Shown here one piece after another: positions 19,161 through 28,250 of a DNA stretch of 64,000 bases. Every line of letters starts with the position of its first letter. Within the stretch, counting starts at the first letter, position 1. Made by a program: the position numbers and the translations under genes. The notes beneath the pieces are model-generated. The model searched no databases. It saw nothing but the letters and a program-made list of their open reading frames with translations, and was not told the DNA's origin. Location: the NCBI GenBank assembly GCA_041556855.1, contig JBFFHS010000006.1:819-64818 (forward strand). The letters are read 5' to 3'. This DNA is from Gammaproteobacteria bacterium (GTDB lineage: Bacteria > Pseudomonadota > Gammaproteobacteria > Steroidobacterales > JBFFHS01).

Positions 19161-19309
19161 GAAGATCAGCCCCTCGTGCGGATGGACGGAATGTAACACT
19201 GGCCTGAGAGCCCGCAAATGTCCCTCTGTCCGGACTGAGGGCTGGTTCACAGTGTGTCTGCAAAGTCTAGATTTCAAAGTATATTATCATTTTAACTAAA
19301 TGATTAGTA

Positions 19310-20029
19310 ATGAAATATGAGCAGCCGCTGATTCCGGCTACCCTGATCCGCCGCTATCAGCGCTTTCTGGCTGATGTGGCGTCAGCCCAGGGTGAAGCCT
19401 TCACCGTGCACTGTCCCAACACGGGCGCCATGCTGGGCTGTCAGGATCCTGGTTCCCGGGTCTGGCTGCTGCCCGCCACCAATCCGAGCTGCAAGTATCC
19501 CTACAGCTGGGAACTGGTCGAGGCTCTGCCTGACGTGTTGGTGGGCATCAACACGGGGCGCAGCAATCGGCTGGTGGCTGAAGCACTGGACGCCGGGCTG
19601 ATCGCGCCTCTGCGAGGCTATCGTCAGGTGCGCCGGGAGGTGACGGTCAGTCATGCCGGCATGAGGTCCCGGATGGACTTTCTGCTGTCCGGCCATCGCC
19701 GCCGCCCCGACTGTTATCTGGAGGTGAAGAACGTTACCGCTGCCGTGGACGGCGGTACCGCTGTGTTCCCCGACGCCGTCAGCACAAGGGCCAGCAAACA
19801 CCTGGAGGCCTTGATATCGCTCCGGGGGCATGGTTATCGGGCGGCCTTGGTGTTCTGCGTCCAGCGCGCCGACGTGCGCCGGGTGCGTCCGGCCGTCGAG
19901 ATCGATCCGGTTTACGCGCAGACGCTGGCTCGCGCCAAGGAGCAGGGCGTTGAGGTCTATGCCTATGGCGCCCAGGTGACGCCCCGCCGCGTGCAGCTTG
20001 CGGAACGCCTGCGTGTCCTGCGGGACTGA
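19310..20029 (+). CDS. sfsA: sugar fermentation stimulation protein A (SfsA nuclease-like)
   Basis: ATLIRRYQRFLADV...HCPNTGAMLGC...KYPYSWELV aligns with E. coli SfsA. Confidence 0.92.
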   Translation: MKYEQPLIPATLIRRYQRFLADVASAQGEAFTVHCPNTGAMLGCQDPGSRVWLLPATNPSCKYPYSWELVEALPDVLVGINTGRSNRLVAEALDAGLIAPLRGYRQVRREVTVSHAGMRSRMDFLLSGHRRRPDCYLEVKNVTAAVDGGTAVFPDAVSTRASKHLEALISLRGHGYRAALVFCVQRADVRRVRPAVEIDPVYAQTLARAKEQGVEVYAYGAQVTPRRVQLAERLRVLRD

Positions 20030-20065
20030 CCGCGCCGACGAACCTGTTGTGCTTTAATCGCCCCC

Positions 20066-21295
20066 ATGTACCGACCGCTGGAATGGTTTATCGGCGTGCG
20101 CTATCTGCGCTCAGCTCGGGGCACCCTATATGTGTCCTTTATCAGTATGGCATCCATGCTCGGCATAGCCGTGGGCGTCGCCGCCCTGATTGTTATTCTT
20201 TCGGTGATGAACGGCTTCGAGGCGGAGCTGCGCAACCGGCTGCTGAGCATGACCGCCCATGCGAGCGTCACGGATGCCGGTGCGGAGGCCGATGGTTGGC
20301 GTGTCCGGCAGGGCGAGCTGGAAAAACAGCCGGGGGTGATCGGGAGTGCGCCTTATCTCGAGATCGAAGGGATGCTGGCCAACGGTCAGCGGCTCAATCC
20401 GGCCCGGGTAAGGGGTATCTTACCGGCTCATGAGGGCCGGGTGTCTCAGGTCGCGGACTTCATGCGTGAGGGCAGCCTGGAGGATCTGGTGGCCGGCCAG
20501 CGGCGGGTGATCCTGGGGCAGGTGTTGGCCTTGAACCTGGAGGTGCGGCCCGGTAGCCGAATTAACCTGCTGGTACCCCGCCTGAAAGACGGGCGGATCG
20601 CCCCCAAGCTGACCAGCTTTGTGGTGAGCGGTATTTTCGAGGCGGGGCTGGCGGATCATGACGGGTCGTTGGCTCTGATTCACCTGGATGACGCCCGGGC
20701 ATTATCCGTTGCTCCCGTTGGATTGCGACTGCGCTTGGTCGATCCGCTGGATACCGCCACGCTGGCGGCGAGCATTGCCGAGCAATTCCCAGAGTTGGAC
20801 TACTCCGACTGGACCATTGAGAACCGCAGCTACTTTCGCGCCATCCGCATTGAGAAGACCATGATGACCGTGATTCTGCTGTTGATCGTGGCGGTGGCGG
20901 CCTTCAATATCGTCGCCTCACTGATGATGGTGGTGACAGACAAGAAAACGGACATCGCCATCCTGCGGACATTGGGTCTTGAGCCGCGGCGGGTTGGGCG
21001 CCTGTTTGTCGTCCAGGGCAGTCTAATTGGCATCCTGGGCACCATGCTCGGGCTGTTGCTTGGGCTGGTGCTCACCATGAACTTGGCCGTCATTGTGCCC
21101 TGGTTGGAGCAGACCTTTCAGTTTCAGATTATGCCGGGCGACGTGTATTACGTGACCGAGATTCCGGCGGAGATCCACCTGGGTGACCTAATCGTGATAC
21201 CAAGTCTGGCGCTGCTGGTGAGTGTGCTGGCCACCGTCTACCCCTCCCGTCGCGCCGCGGCGGTCGCCCCGGCGGAGGCGCTGCGCTATGAGTGA
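20066..21295 (+). CDS. lolC: lipoprotein-releasing ABC transporter permease (LolC/E family, first copy)
   Basis: The N-terminus WFIGVRYLRS...FISFISMASMLGIAVGVAALIVILSVMNGF, a periplasmic loop and a C-terminal FtsX-type 4-TM domain are present in 409 aa. Confidence 0.85.
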   Translation: MYRPLEWFIGVRYLRSARGTLYVSFISMASMLGIAVGVAALIVILSVMNGFEAELRNRLLSMTAHASVTDAGAEADGWRVRQGELEKQPGVIGSAPYLEIEGMLANGQRLNPARVRGILPAHEGRVSQVADFMREGSLEDLVAGQRRVILGQVLALNLEVRPGSRINLLVPRLKDGRIAPKLTSFVVSGIFEAGLADHDGSLALIHLDDARALSVAPVGLRLRLVDPLDTATLAASIAEQFPELDYSDWTIENRSYFRAIRIEKTMMTVILLLIVAVAAFNIVASLMMVVTDKKTDIAILRTLGLEPRRVGRLFVVQGSLIGILGTMLGLLLGLVLTMNLAVIVPWLEQTFQFQIMPGDVYYVTEIPAEIHLGDLIVIPSLALLVSVLATVYPSRRAAAVAPAEALRYE

Positions 21296-21304
21296 CCCCA
21301 CGTA

Positions 21305-22552
21305 ATGATGAGTTTCTATCCTTTGGGGCTTGCGCTGCGTTACCTGGGCGGGCAGCGCGGCAACGGCTTCATTTCCTTCATTTCGCTGGTATCTACCATC
21401 GGGATCGGCCTTGGCGTCGCGGTGCTGATCGTGGTGTTGTCGGTCATGAATGGCTTTGAGGAGGAGCTGAAAACGCGCATTCTCAGCGTCAGCGCCCACG
21501 CGACCGTAACTGGCTACACGCGGAACCTGGATGACTGGCCCACCCTGCGCCAGGTGGCTCTGGAGACGCCCGGGGTGCTGGCCGGGGCGCCCTATATCGA
21601 GGCCCAGGGCCTGCTGGTGGCGGGTGAGCGGCAGGCTGGGGTTGCGTTTCGCGGCATCGATCCGACCCTGGAGAGAGATGTGTCGGGGCTGCACGAGTTG
21701 CTCGAGTCGGGATCCATGGCCGATCTCAAGGCTGGTCAATACGGCATGTTATTGGGCATTAGTCTGGCGGAGCATCTGGGGGTCGGGCCGGGCGACAGCG
21801 TCGTGTTGGTGGTGCCGAAGGGTACGGTCACCCCCGCTGGGCTTGCGCCTCGCATGCGCCGATTTCGCGTGTCGGGCATCTTTCGGGCTGGTATGTACGA
21901 GTTCGACAGAGGCTTGGCCCTGATCGCGCTTGCCGATGCGGGCCGCCTGTTGCGCTCGGGGGATGAGGTGACGGGTCTGCGCCTGTCGGTGGCAGACGTC
22001 TTTGCCGCAGGTAGCGTGGCGCGCGATGTGGCTTTGCGCGCCGGCGGCGGGTTCTATGTCAGTGATTGGACCCGCCGCCACGTCAACTTCTTCCGCTCTA
22101 TCCAACTCACCAAGACCATCATGTTTGTGATCCTGCTGCTGATCATCGGGGTTGCAGCTTTCAACATCATTTCAACCCTGGTGATGGTTGTTCGCGACAA
22201 GCGCGCCGATATCGCTATCCTGCGCACCATGGGCGCCAAACCGAACAGTATCCTGCTGGCATTCGCCATGCAGGGAACCTTGATCGGCGTAGCCGGCACC
22301 CTGCTGGGCGTCGGTTTGGGGGTATTGCTGGCAGTCCAGTTGGGGAGCATCGTTGCCGGACTGGAACGGTTCCTTGCCATCGATCTATTGGCCGCCGACG
22401 TCTACTTCATCAGCGACCTGCCGACCCGCGTAGACCTGGCCGAAGTCGCGCAGATCGCGCTGCTGGCTCTGCTGTTGTCGGTGCTGGCTACGATTTATCC
22501 GGCGCTTCGGGCTGCCCACGTCGATCCGGCCGACGAGTTGCGCCATGAATAG
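21305..22552 (+). CDS. lolE: lipoprotein-releasing ABC transporter permease (LolC/E family, second copy)
   Basis: This paralogue of the preceding ORF has [45 protein letters not shown] and is 415 aa. Confidence 0.85.
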   Translation: MMSFYPLGLALRYLGGQRGNGFISFISLVSTIGIGLGVAVLIVVLSVMNGFEEELKTRILSVSAHATVTGYTRNLDDWPTLRQVALETPGVLAGAPYIEAQGLLVAGERQAGVAFRGIDPTLERDVSGLHELLESGSMADLKAGQYGMLLGISLAEHLGVGPGDSVVLVVPKGTVTPAGLAPRMRRFRVSGIFRAGMYEFDRGLALIALADAGRLLRSGDEVTGLRLSVADVFAAGSVARDVALRAGGGFYVSDWTRRHVNFFRSIQLTKTIMFVILLLIIGVAAFNIISTLVMVVRDKRADIAILRTMGAKPNSILLAFAMQGTLIGVAGTLLGVGLGVLLAVQLGSIVAGLERFLAIDLLAADVYFISDLPTRVDLAEVAQIALLALLLSVLATIYPALRAAHVDPADELRHE

Positions 22553-23288
22553 TGTGACGGGGCAGGAGGCGGTCTTGGCGTGCCACGAATTGTGCCGATC
22601 ATTCAGGGAGGCTGGGCACGAGTTGCACGTACTCCGGGATGTGGAGCTCAGCGTCGCCGCCGGCGAACGCATCGCTGTGGTGGGCGCGTCCGGCTCCGGT
22701 AAGACCACACTGCTGCAGCTTTTGGGCGGCCTTGATCGACCGACGGCTGGCGAAGTCTTCGTGACCGGTCAGTCCATGAATAGCCTCAACAATACCGAGC
22801 GGGGTCTGTTGCGCAATCGCGCTATTGGCTTTGTGTATCAATTCCATCATCTGTTGCCCGAGTTCACCGCCGTAGAGAATGTAGCCATGCCGTTGTTGAT
22901 TCGCGGTGCGGATCCCCGAGACGCCGCGTCTGAGGCCCGTGAGCTGCTCACCCGCGTGGGCCTTGGCGAACGATTGAGCCACAAGCCGGCCCAGTTATCT
23001 GGAGGTGAACGGCAGCGGGCTGCGGTCGCCAGGGCCTTGATCACGCGCCCCGCCGTGGTGCTTGCTGATGAGCCCACAGGCAATCTGGACGGACCCACGG
23101 GCGAGCGCGTGTTTCAGCTGATGCTGGATCTGAACCGTCAGTTTGCTACCAGCCTGGTCGTGGTTACCCACGAGCCGAAGCTGGCAGCACGCATGGATCG
23201 CGTGCTGGTTCTCAAGGAGGGTAAGCTGTGGAAGCTGGACCCCAGCGCGCTCAGCGACCCTGTCGGCGCTGTCGGTACTTCAGCGTGA
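22545..23288 (+). CDS. lolD: lipoprotein-releasing system ATP-binding protein
   Basis: Walker [12 protein letters not shown], signature LSGGERQR and Walker [12 protein letters not shown] are present. The start overlaps lolE by 8 nt. Confidence 0.9.
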   Translation: MNSVTGQEAVLACHELCRSFREAGHELHVLRDVELSVAAGERIAVVGASGSGKTTLLQLLGGLDRPTAGEVFVTGQSMNSLNNTERGLLRNRAIGFVYQFHHLLPEFTAVENVAMPLLIRGADPRDAASEARELLTRVGLGERLSHKPAQLSGGERQRAAVARALITRPAVVLADEPTGNLDGPTGERVFQLMLDLNRQFATSLVVVTHEPKLAARMDRVLVLKEGKLWKLDPSALSDPVGAVGTSA

Positions 23289-23763
23289 TCGCGGCGCGCC
23301 AGGCCAGATTGGCGAACAAATAGCCCACCGCCGCGGTTAAGGCCCCGAGCAACAGGCTGCCCGCCCACAGCGGTTGCCAGTAGCGTGTCAGCTCCGCCAT
23401 CAGCCAGCCGAAGGACAGATCGATGGTAAGCGGCTGCGGCTCGATCCCCAGCAGCCCAGCACCCAGCCGATAGGCGGTGACAAAGATGGGCACGATGGTG
23501 ATCGGATTGGTGAGGAAGACCGCCGCCACCGTCACGGGCAGGTTCACTCTGAGCCAGACAGCGGCCAGAGCGGCCAGTACGGTCTGGCCAGGCACCGGCA
23601 GCAGGGCGATGAACAGGCCCAGGGCCAGGGCCTTGGCGATGCCCTTGCGATGTAGCGCCCAAAAGGCGGGGTCGTGAAGAACTGCGGCCAGCGGGCGCAG
23701 ATACCATTCCCCGGACATCTGATGCCGCTGTGGCAGAAGCTTGCGCAAGAGCTTACGAGGCAT
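23251..23763 (-). CDS. DUF2062 family membrane protein
   Basis: [16 protein letters not shown]...[47 protein letters not shown] is typical of DUF2062. Internal ATG 23763 is chosen. The 3' end overlaps lolD by 38 nt in convergent orientation. Confidence 0.7.
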   Translation of the reverse strand: MPRKLLRKLLPQRHQMSGEWYLRPLAAVLHDPAFWALHRKGIAKALALGLFIALLPVPGQTVLAALAAVWLRVNLPVTVAAVFLTNPITIVPIFVTAYRLGAGLLGIEPQPLTIDLSFGWLMAELTRYWQPLWAGSLLLGALTAAVGYLFANLAWRAAITLKYRQRRQGR

Positions 23764-23999
23764 ACCGGGTATGGTGTCCGGGATGTACTGGGGCTTGAGT
23801 GAGCAGCCTTGCGACGGCTTGCTCGTTGGTCGGCAACATTGCACAAATGGCGTGATCTGACATGGCGTAATTGATGACACAGATCTCAGCAGAAGGCGCG
23901 GGATGGGCGCACACTTTGAGCACTAGGTCGTGTCCCCGCTGCCCGCGCTAAACGGGCGTGGGAAACGAGTTCCGGCCGGGCGCCGGCGGAGGCAGAAGC

Positions 24000-24413
24000 A
24001 TGGATAACCAGCCACTTACGACAATTATGGCGGCGGACCCGGTGACCGTGGATCGGGGCCAGACGGTCAGCGAAGTCCGGTTTTTGCTGGCCAATGAGCG
24101 CATTCATCATTTGCCCGTGATCGAGGAGGGTCGGCTGGTGGGCATGATCAGCAGTAACGACGTGATGAGGGTCAGCTTCTCGTTGGACACGGACGATGCC
24201 GTGAGCCGCACATTGCTGGATCAGACGGTATCCATCGATGATCTGATGGTCGCCGATCTGGTCACGGTGTCGGCCCGCGGCAGCGTTCGGGATGCCGCCA
24301 TCGCGCTGTCCGCCGGTGGCTTCCATGCGGTCCCGGTCGTAGACGATGAGGGTCATCTGGTCGGTATCGTCACGTCCACCGATTTGATCCAGTATCTGCT
24401 GGATCAGCACTGA
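24000..24413 (+). CDS. stand-alone CBS-pair domain protein
   Basis: Two CBS repeats are present (IMAADPVTVDRGQTVSEV...HHLPVIEEGRLVGMISSNDV and LMVADLVTVSARGSVRDA...HAVPVVDDEGHLVGIVTSTDL). GGAGG lies 7 nt upstream of ATG 24000. Confidence 0.8.
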   Translation: MDNQPLTTIMAADPVTVDRGQTVSEVRFLLANERIHHLPVIEEGRLVGMISSNDVMRVSFSLDTDDAVSRTLLDQTVSIDDLMVADLVTVSARGSVRDAAIALSAGGFHAVPVVDDEGHLVGIVTSTDLIQYLLDQH

Positions 24414-24435
24414 TCTGCACATTTCGCAAGAGGTT

Positions 24436-24729
24436 GTGATGTCTGAGGATGCACCGAACAAACCGTCCCAGGAGGAACTCGCCCACGCTTTGAGCGTCGC
24501 AGTGTCCATGCGCGCCCAGGGACAGGATGCGGATTTCCTCGCCCATGCCCTGCTGTACTGCGAGTACCAATTGCGGGTGCTGGGAAAGGTACGCCGCGCC
24601 GCCGAGCGTTATTTGCATTCAGGCCTTGCCGAGCACGAGCACAGCGACCTGGTGCGCGCGTTGGCGGCGGCCCGCAAGGCTGATACGGCCACGAGTCACC
24701 AGGCGCCGGAACGCTTCGGTCTGGAGTGA
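24436..24729 (+). CDS. hypothetical small helical protein
   Basis: This 97-aa ORF lies 22 nt after the CBS gene on the same strand. I recognised no family, so it is supported only by position and ORF length. Confidence 0.45.
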   Translation: MMSEDAPNKPSQEELAHALSVAVSMRAQGQDADFLAHALLYCEYQLRVLGKVRRAAERYLHSGLAEHEHSDLVRALAAARKADTATSHQAPERFGLE

Positions 24730-24756
24730 GCCCTATCACCTTATTCTCCCGGGACC

Positions 24757-27066
24757 GTGACCTTATGGGTACCCGGGAGTCGACCTGGCATGCTGAAGCT
24801 CGCAGTGAGTGCCCTGGCGGGTGTCCTGGTTCTGCAGCAGCTCCCGACGCTGCCTCGACCCGGATGGGTGGTCCCGCTGCTGATTCTCACGCTGCCCCTG
24901 CGGTGCCGCTGGGCGCGGCAGTGGCTGCTGCCGGGTCTGGCAGGCTTCGCCTGGGCCTGGTGGGTCGCGGTCCAGGGTCTAGCTGCGCGGTTACCTGATC
25001 ATCTTCACGGGCAGGATGTCAGGCTCACAGGCTATGTCGCCAGCTTCGTCAGCGGCAACGAGGCGCGCCTGAGCTTTACTTTTCAGCTTCATGGTGACTA
25101 CCCGGTCACCGACATGCCCAGGCGCTGGCGCCTCACTTGGTATCGGCCGACCCACCAGTTGGCGCCGGGACAGAACCTTGCCGTTACCGTGCGGGCGCGG
25201 CAGGCGCGTACCCTGGGTAACCCGGTCAGCTTCGACTACCAGGGTTGGCTTCTGCGGGAGGGTCTGTCTGGTACCGGATATGTGCGGGAACTGACGCCTA
25301 TCAGCCGTGCTCAAGCCAGTCTGCCCCAATGGTGGCTGCGGCAGCGGGCAGCACTTTATGGGCGTCTGCAATCCGTCGCAGGGGAGCAAGCCCCGATACT
25401 CGGAGCGCTGGCCGTGGGGGCACGGCATGAGTTCACGAATCACCACTGGGGGGTGCTGCAACGCACTGGCACCAGTCATCTTGTGGCCATCTCCGGGTTA
25501 CACGTGGGCCTCGTCGCACTGGGGAGTTTTGGCCTGCTGCGCGCCGGGCTGCTGCGGGTACCCTGGTTGTCCGTCGGCCTGCGGGCGACCGACCTGGCTG
25601 CCGGAGCGAGTCTTGCAGTGGCCGCTTGCTATTCGGCGCTGGCAGGCTTCGGTATCCCTGCCCAGCGCGCGCTGGTCATGGTGCTGGTTGCAGCGCTGGC
25701 GTTGCTGGCCCGGCGCAGGCCCGAATCTGGCGAGGCTCTGGGCCTTGCCCTTCTAGTCGTGTTACTCCTGGATCCGCGGGCTGTGCTCAGTGCAGGCTTC
25801 TGGCTGTCATTTGGCGCGGTGGCAACGTTGTGGCTTGCTTTCAATGCCCAGCGGCTGGCGGCTCCGACCGATCAGCAGCCGGGCCCTTGGATCGTGACTC
25901 TTGTGCGCACCCAGTGGGTCATCGCATTGGGACTCATGCCCGCGCTGGTGCTGTTTTTCGGCGAGCTGGCGTTGCTGGCACCGCTGATCAATCTGCTTGC
26001 GGTACCCTGGTTCAGCTTCGTGTTGGTGCCGGCCAGCTTGGGTCTGGTTGTGCTGGTAACCCTGCTGCCCGATCTGGCTGGCCTGCCGGGCGCAGGCATG
26101 GACGGTTTACTGGCGGGGACCTGGGCGGTGCTGGCAACGCTGGCCGAAGTGCCGTGGGCCAACGTCGCCGTGCCGTCAAGACCGTGGCCACTGCTGGGCC
26201 TCGCGGTGGCCGGTATCGCCGCGTTCTTGTTGGGTCGAGGGTTCGCGGGGCGGGGCCTGTACCTGCTGCTGCTGGGGCCGCTGGTGACATGGCGAGCGCC
26301 CGCCCTGCAGTTCGGTCAGATGCGCTTGACGGTGCTGGATGTGGGCCAGGGGCTGGCAGCCCTGGTGGAAACCCGTGACCACGTGCTGGTGTACGACGCC
26401 GGTCCTGCCATGGCTGGCGGTTATGACGCGGGTGCCAGCATCGTCGTGCCAACATTGCGGGCTCGTGGCTGGCGCAGGCTTGACGCGCTGGTGATTGGTC
26501 ACGGCGATCAAGACCACAGCGGTGGTGCCGCCGCAGTGCTGGGCGCGTTTCCCGGATCAGCTGTTTGGATCGGTCCAGATGTGGATCTGCCCGGGCAGCG
26601 CTGTCGCTCAGGTCAGGGCTGGGTCTGGGATGGCGTTGCCTTCGCTTTTCTGCATCCGGCCGACACACGATTCCGGGATGATAACGATGGTTCGTGCGTA
26701 TTGCGCGTCGCAAGCGGTGGCCGAGCTGTGCTGCTGACCGGCGATATCGAGCGCGCTGCTGAAGCGACGTTGCTGGCCCGCGGGGTTCCCCTCAGCGCCG
26801 ACGTGGTCGTCGTTCCCCACCACGGCAGTGCCACATCCTCGACAGCGAGCTTCGTGGCTGCGGTTCGGCCAACCTTCGCGGTCGTGCCCGCCGGTTTCCG
26901 CAACCGCTGGGGAATGCCTCGTCGAGAGGTCGTTGAGCGCTGGCAGGCTAGCGGCAGTGAGGTTTTAGTCACTGGTCAGGTGGGCAGCGTCGGCGTGCTG
27001 TTAGGACCAGCTGGAGTCCGCCTTGAGCGCGTGGGACGACGCCGGAGGTATTGGCACGCACTGTAG
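24757..27066 (+). CDS. comEC: DNA internalization-related competence protein ComEC/Rec2
   Basis: The multi-TM Competence domain (GTSHLVAISGLHVG) is followed by a C-terminal metallo-beta-lactamase domain (LTVLDVGQGLAALVE...GHGDQDHSGG...VVPHHGS). An alternative ATG lies at 24790. Confidence 0.9.
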   Translation: MTLWVPGSRPGMLKLAVSALAGVLVLQQLPTLPRPGWVVPLLILTLPLRCRWARQWLLPGLAGFAWAWWVAVQGLAARLPDHLHGQDVRLTGYVASFVSGNEARLSFTFQLHGDYPVTDMPRRWRLTWYRPTHQLAPGQNLAVTVRARQARTLGNPVSFDYQGWLLREGLSGTGYVRELTPISRAQASLPQWWLRQRAALYGRLQSVAGEQAPILGALAVGARHEFTNHHWGVLQRTGTSHLVAISGLHVGLVALGSFGLLRAGLLRVPWLSVGLRATDLAAGASLAVAACYSALAGFGIPAQRALVMVLVAALALLARRRPESGEALGLALLVVLLLDPRAVLSAGFWLSFGAVATLWLAFNAQRLAAPTDQQPGPWIVTLVRTQWVIALGLMPALVLFFGELALLAPLINLLAVPWFSFVLVPASLGLVVLVTLLPDLAGLPGAGMDGLLAGTWAVLATLAEVPWANVAVPSRPWPLLGLAVAGIAAFLLGRGFAGRGLYLLLLGPLVTWRAPALQFGQMRLTVLDVGQGLAALVETRDHVLVYDAGPAMAGGYDAGASIVVPTLRARGWRRLDALVIGHGDQDHSGGAAAVLGAFPGSAVWIGPDVDLPGQRCRSGQGWVWDGVAFAFLHPADTRFRDDNDGSCVLRVASGGRAVLLTGDIERAAEATLLARGVPLSADVVVVPHHGSATSSTASFVAAVRPTFAVVPAGFRNRWGMPRREVVERWQASGSEVLVTGQVGSVGVLLGPAGVRLERVGRRRRYWHAL

Positions 27067-27140
27067 ATCAAACCTTCTGGTTAAACTTCCAGGGGCGCGC
27101 TATAGTTGCGCCCAACTGTCGGAAGTTACAGCGGTTTTTT

Positions 27141-27797
27141 ATGCTGGAGATCGTTCAAGCGGGCGGCTGGCTGATGCTGCCGATCATCGCCTGCTCGGTG
27201 TGCGCAGCGGCGATCATTCTCGAGCGTCTCTGGAGCCTGCAGCAGAAAAGGGTGATCCCGGCCGACTTGACCCGCCAAGTGTGGGACTGGGTCAAGAAAG
27301 ATCAGCTTAACCCCAAACATATCCACTCTATTCACCAGGGCTCCCCCCTGGGGCAGATCCTTGCGGTCGGGCTGAATAATCGCGATCGCGATCGCGACAC
27401 CATGAAGGAGAGTATCGAGGATACGGGGCGCCACGTGGTCCACGAATTGGAACGCTATTTGAATACTCTGGGCACCATCGCCGCAATTTCGCCTCTGCTT
27501 GGGCTGCTCGGAACGGTGATCGGCATGGTGCAGGTCTTCGCCGCGATCACTACCCACGGCGTAGGTAATCCCGCGGTGCTGGCCGACGGCATCTCCCAGG
27601 CCCTGATAACGACCGCAGCCGGTCTGAGCGTGGCCATCCCGGCGCTGATCGGCTATCGCTATCTGCGTGGCCGCGTCGACGCGCTGGTGGTCGAAATGGA
27701 AAAGGAGGTTTTGCAGTTCATCGAGGCCCTGACCCATCATCGGTACCTGGAAAGCCTGGAACGTGAACCTGCAAACGCGGTCAAGAGAAGAGCCTGA
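27141..27797 (+). CDS. exbB: MotA/TolQ/ExbB family proton-channel protein
   Basis: MLEIVQAGGWLMLPIIACSVCAAAIILERLWSL and the channel region LGTIAAISPLLGLLGTVIGMV...ALITTAAGLSVAIPAL are present. The ORF-track start at 27051 overlaps comEC. Confidence 0.85.
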   Translation: MLEIVQAGGWLMLPIIACSVCAAAIILERLWSLQQKRVIPADLTRQVWDWVKKDQLNPKHIHSIHQGSPLGQILAVGLNNRDRDRDTMKESIEDTGRHVVHELERYLNTLGTIAAISPLLGLLGTVIGMVQVFAAITTHGVGNPAVLADGISQALITTAAGLSVAIPALIGYRYLRGRVDALVVEMEKEVLQFIEALTHHRYLESLEREPANAVKRRA

Positions 27798-28185
27798 AAT
27801 CAACCTGACGTCGCTGATCGACGTCGTGTTGCTGCTGCTGGTCTTTTTCATGGTCTCGACCAGCTTCGTTCGCGAAGCGGAAATCAATCTGCGCTTGCCC
27901 GAGGCCTCGTCTGACGCGTCACCACAGGACGAGTTGGAATCATTGGAAATCGCGGTGACCCAGACGGGTGCCTATCTGGTGAATACTCGACCGCTGGTCA
28001 ACAACGAAGCCGCGACGCTGCGCAAGGCGATCGTTAAGCTGGTTGGCGAGCAGCGGGACATGCCGGTGATTATTCGCGCGGATGCTCAGGCGACCCACCA
28101 GGCCGTGGTTACGGCCATGGACGTCGCTGGGCGGTTGGGCTTTGTTGAGGTCAGTATTGCTACCGTTAGTCCGCCGGACGGCTAG
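27763..28185 (+). CDS. exbD: ExbD/TolR family biopolymer transport protein
   Basis: EPEINLTSLIDVVLLLLVFFMVS is the typical ExbD N-terminus. A GTG start gives a 35-nt overlap with exbB. Confidence 0.85.
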   Translation: MNLQTRSREEPEINLTSLIDVVLLLLVFFMVSTSFVREAEINLRLPEASSDASPQDELESLEIAVTQTGAYLVNTRPLVNNEAATLRKAIVKLVGEQRDMPVIIRADAQATHQAVVTAMDVAGRLGFVEVSIATVSPPDG

Positions 28186-28250
28186 CGGCCCAGCCACCCG
28201 AGCCATGCTGCACTCACCAGCGTGACGAGACGCCGAAACGGGAACGGTTC

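Noticed and set aside
27374-27396. A tandem ATCGCG x3 / overlapping GCGATCGC (HIP1-like) palindromes occur inside exbB.
   Set aside because: The microrepeat is short and in-frame, encoding RDRDRD in a cytoplasmic loop. It is a single occurrence, too short to be a CRISPR, REP or mobile-element signature.
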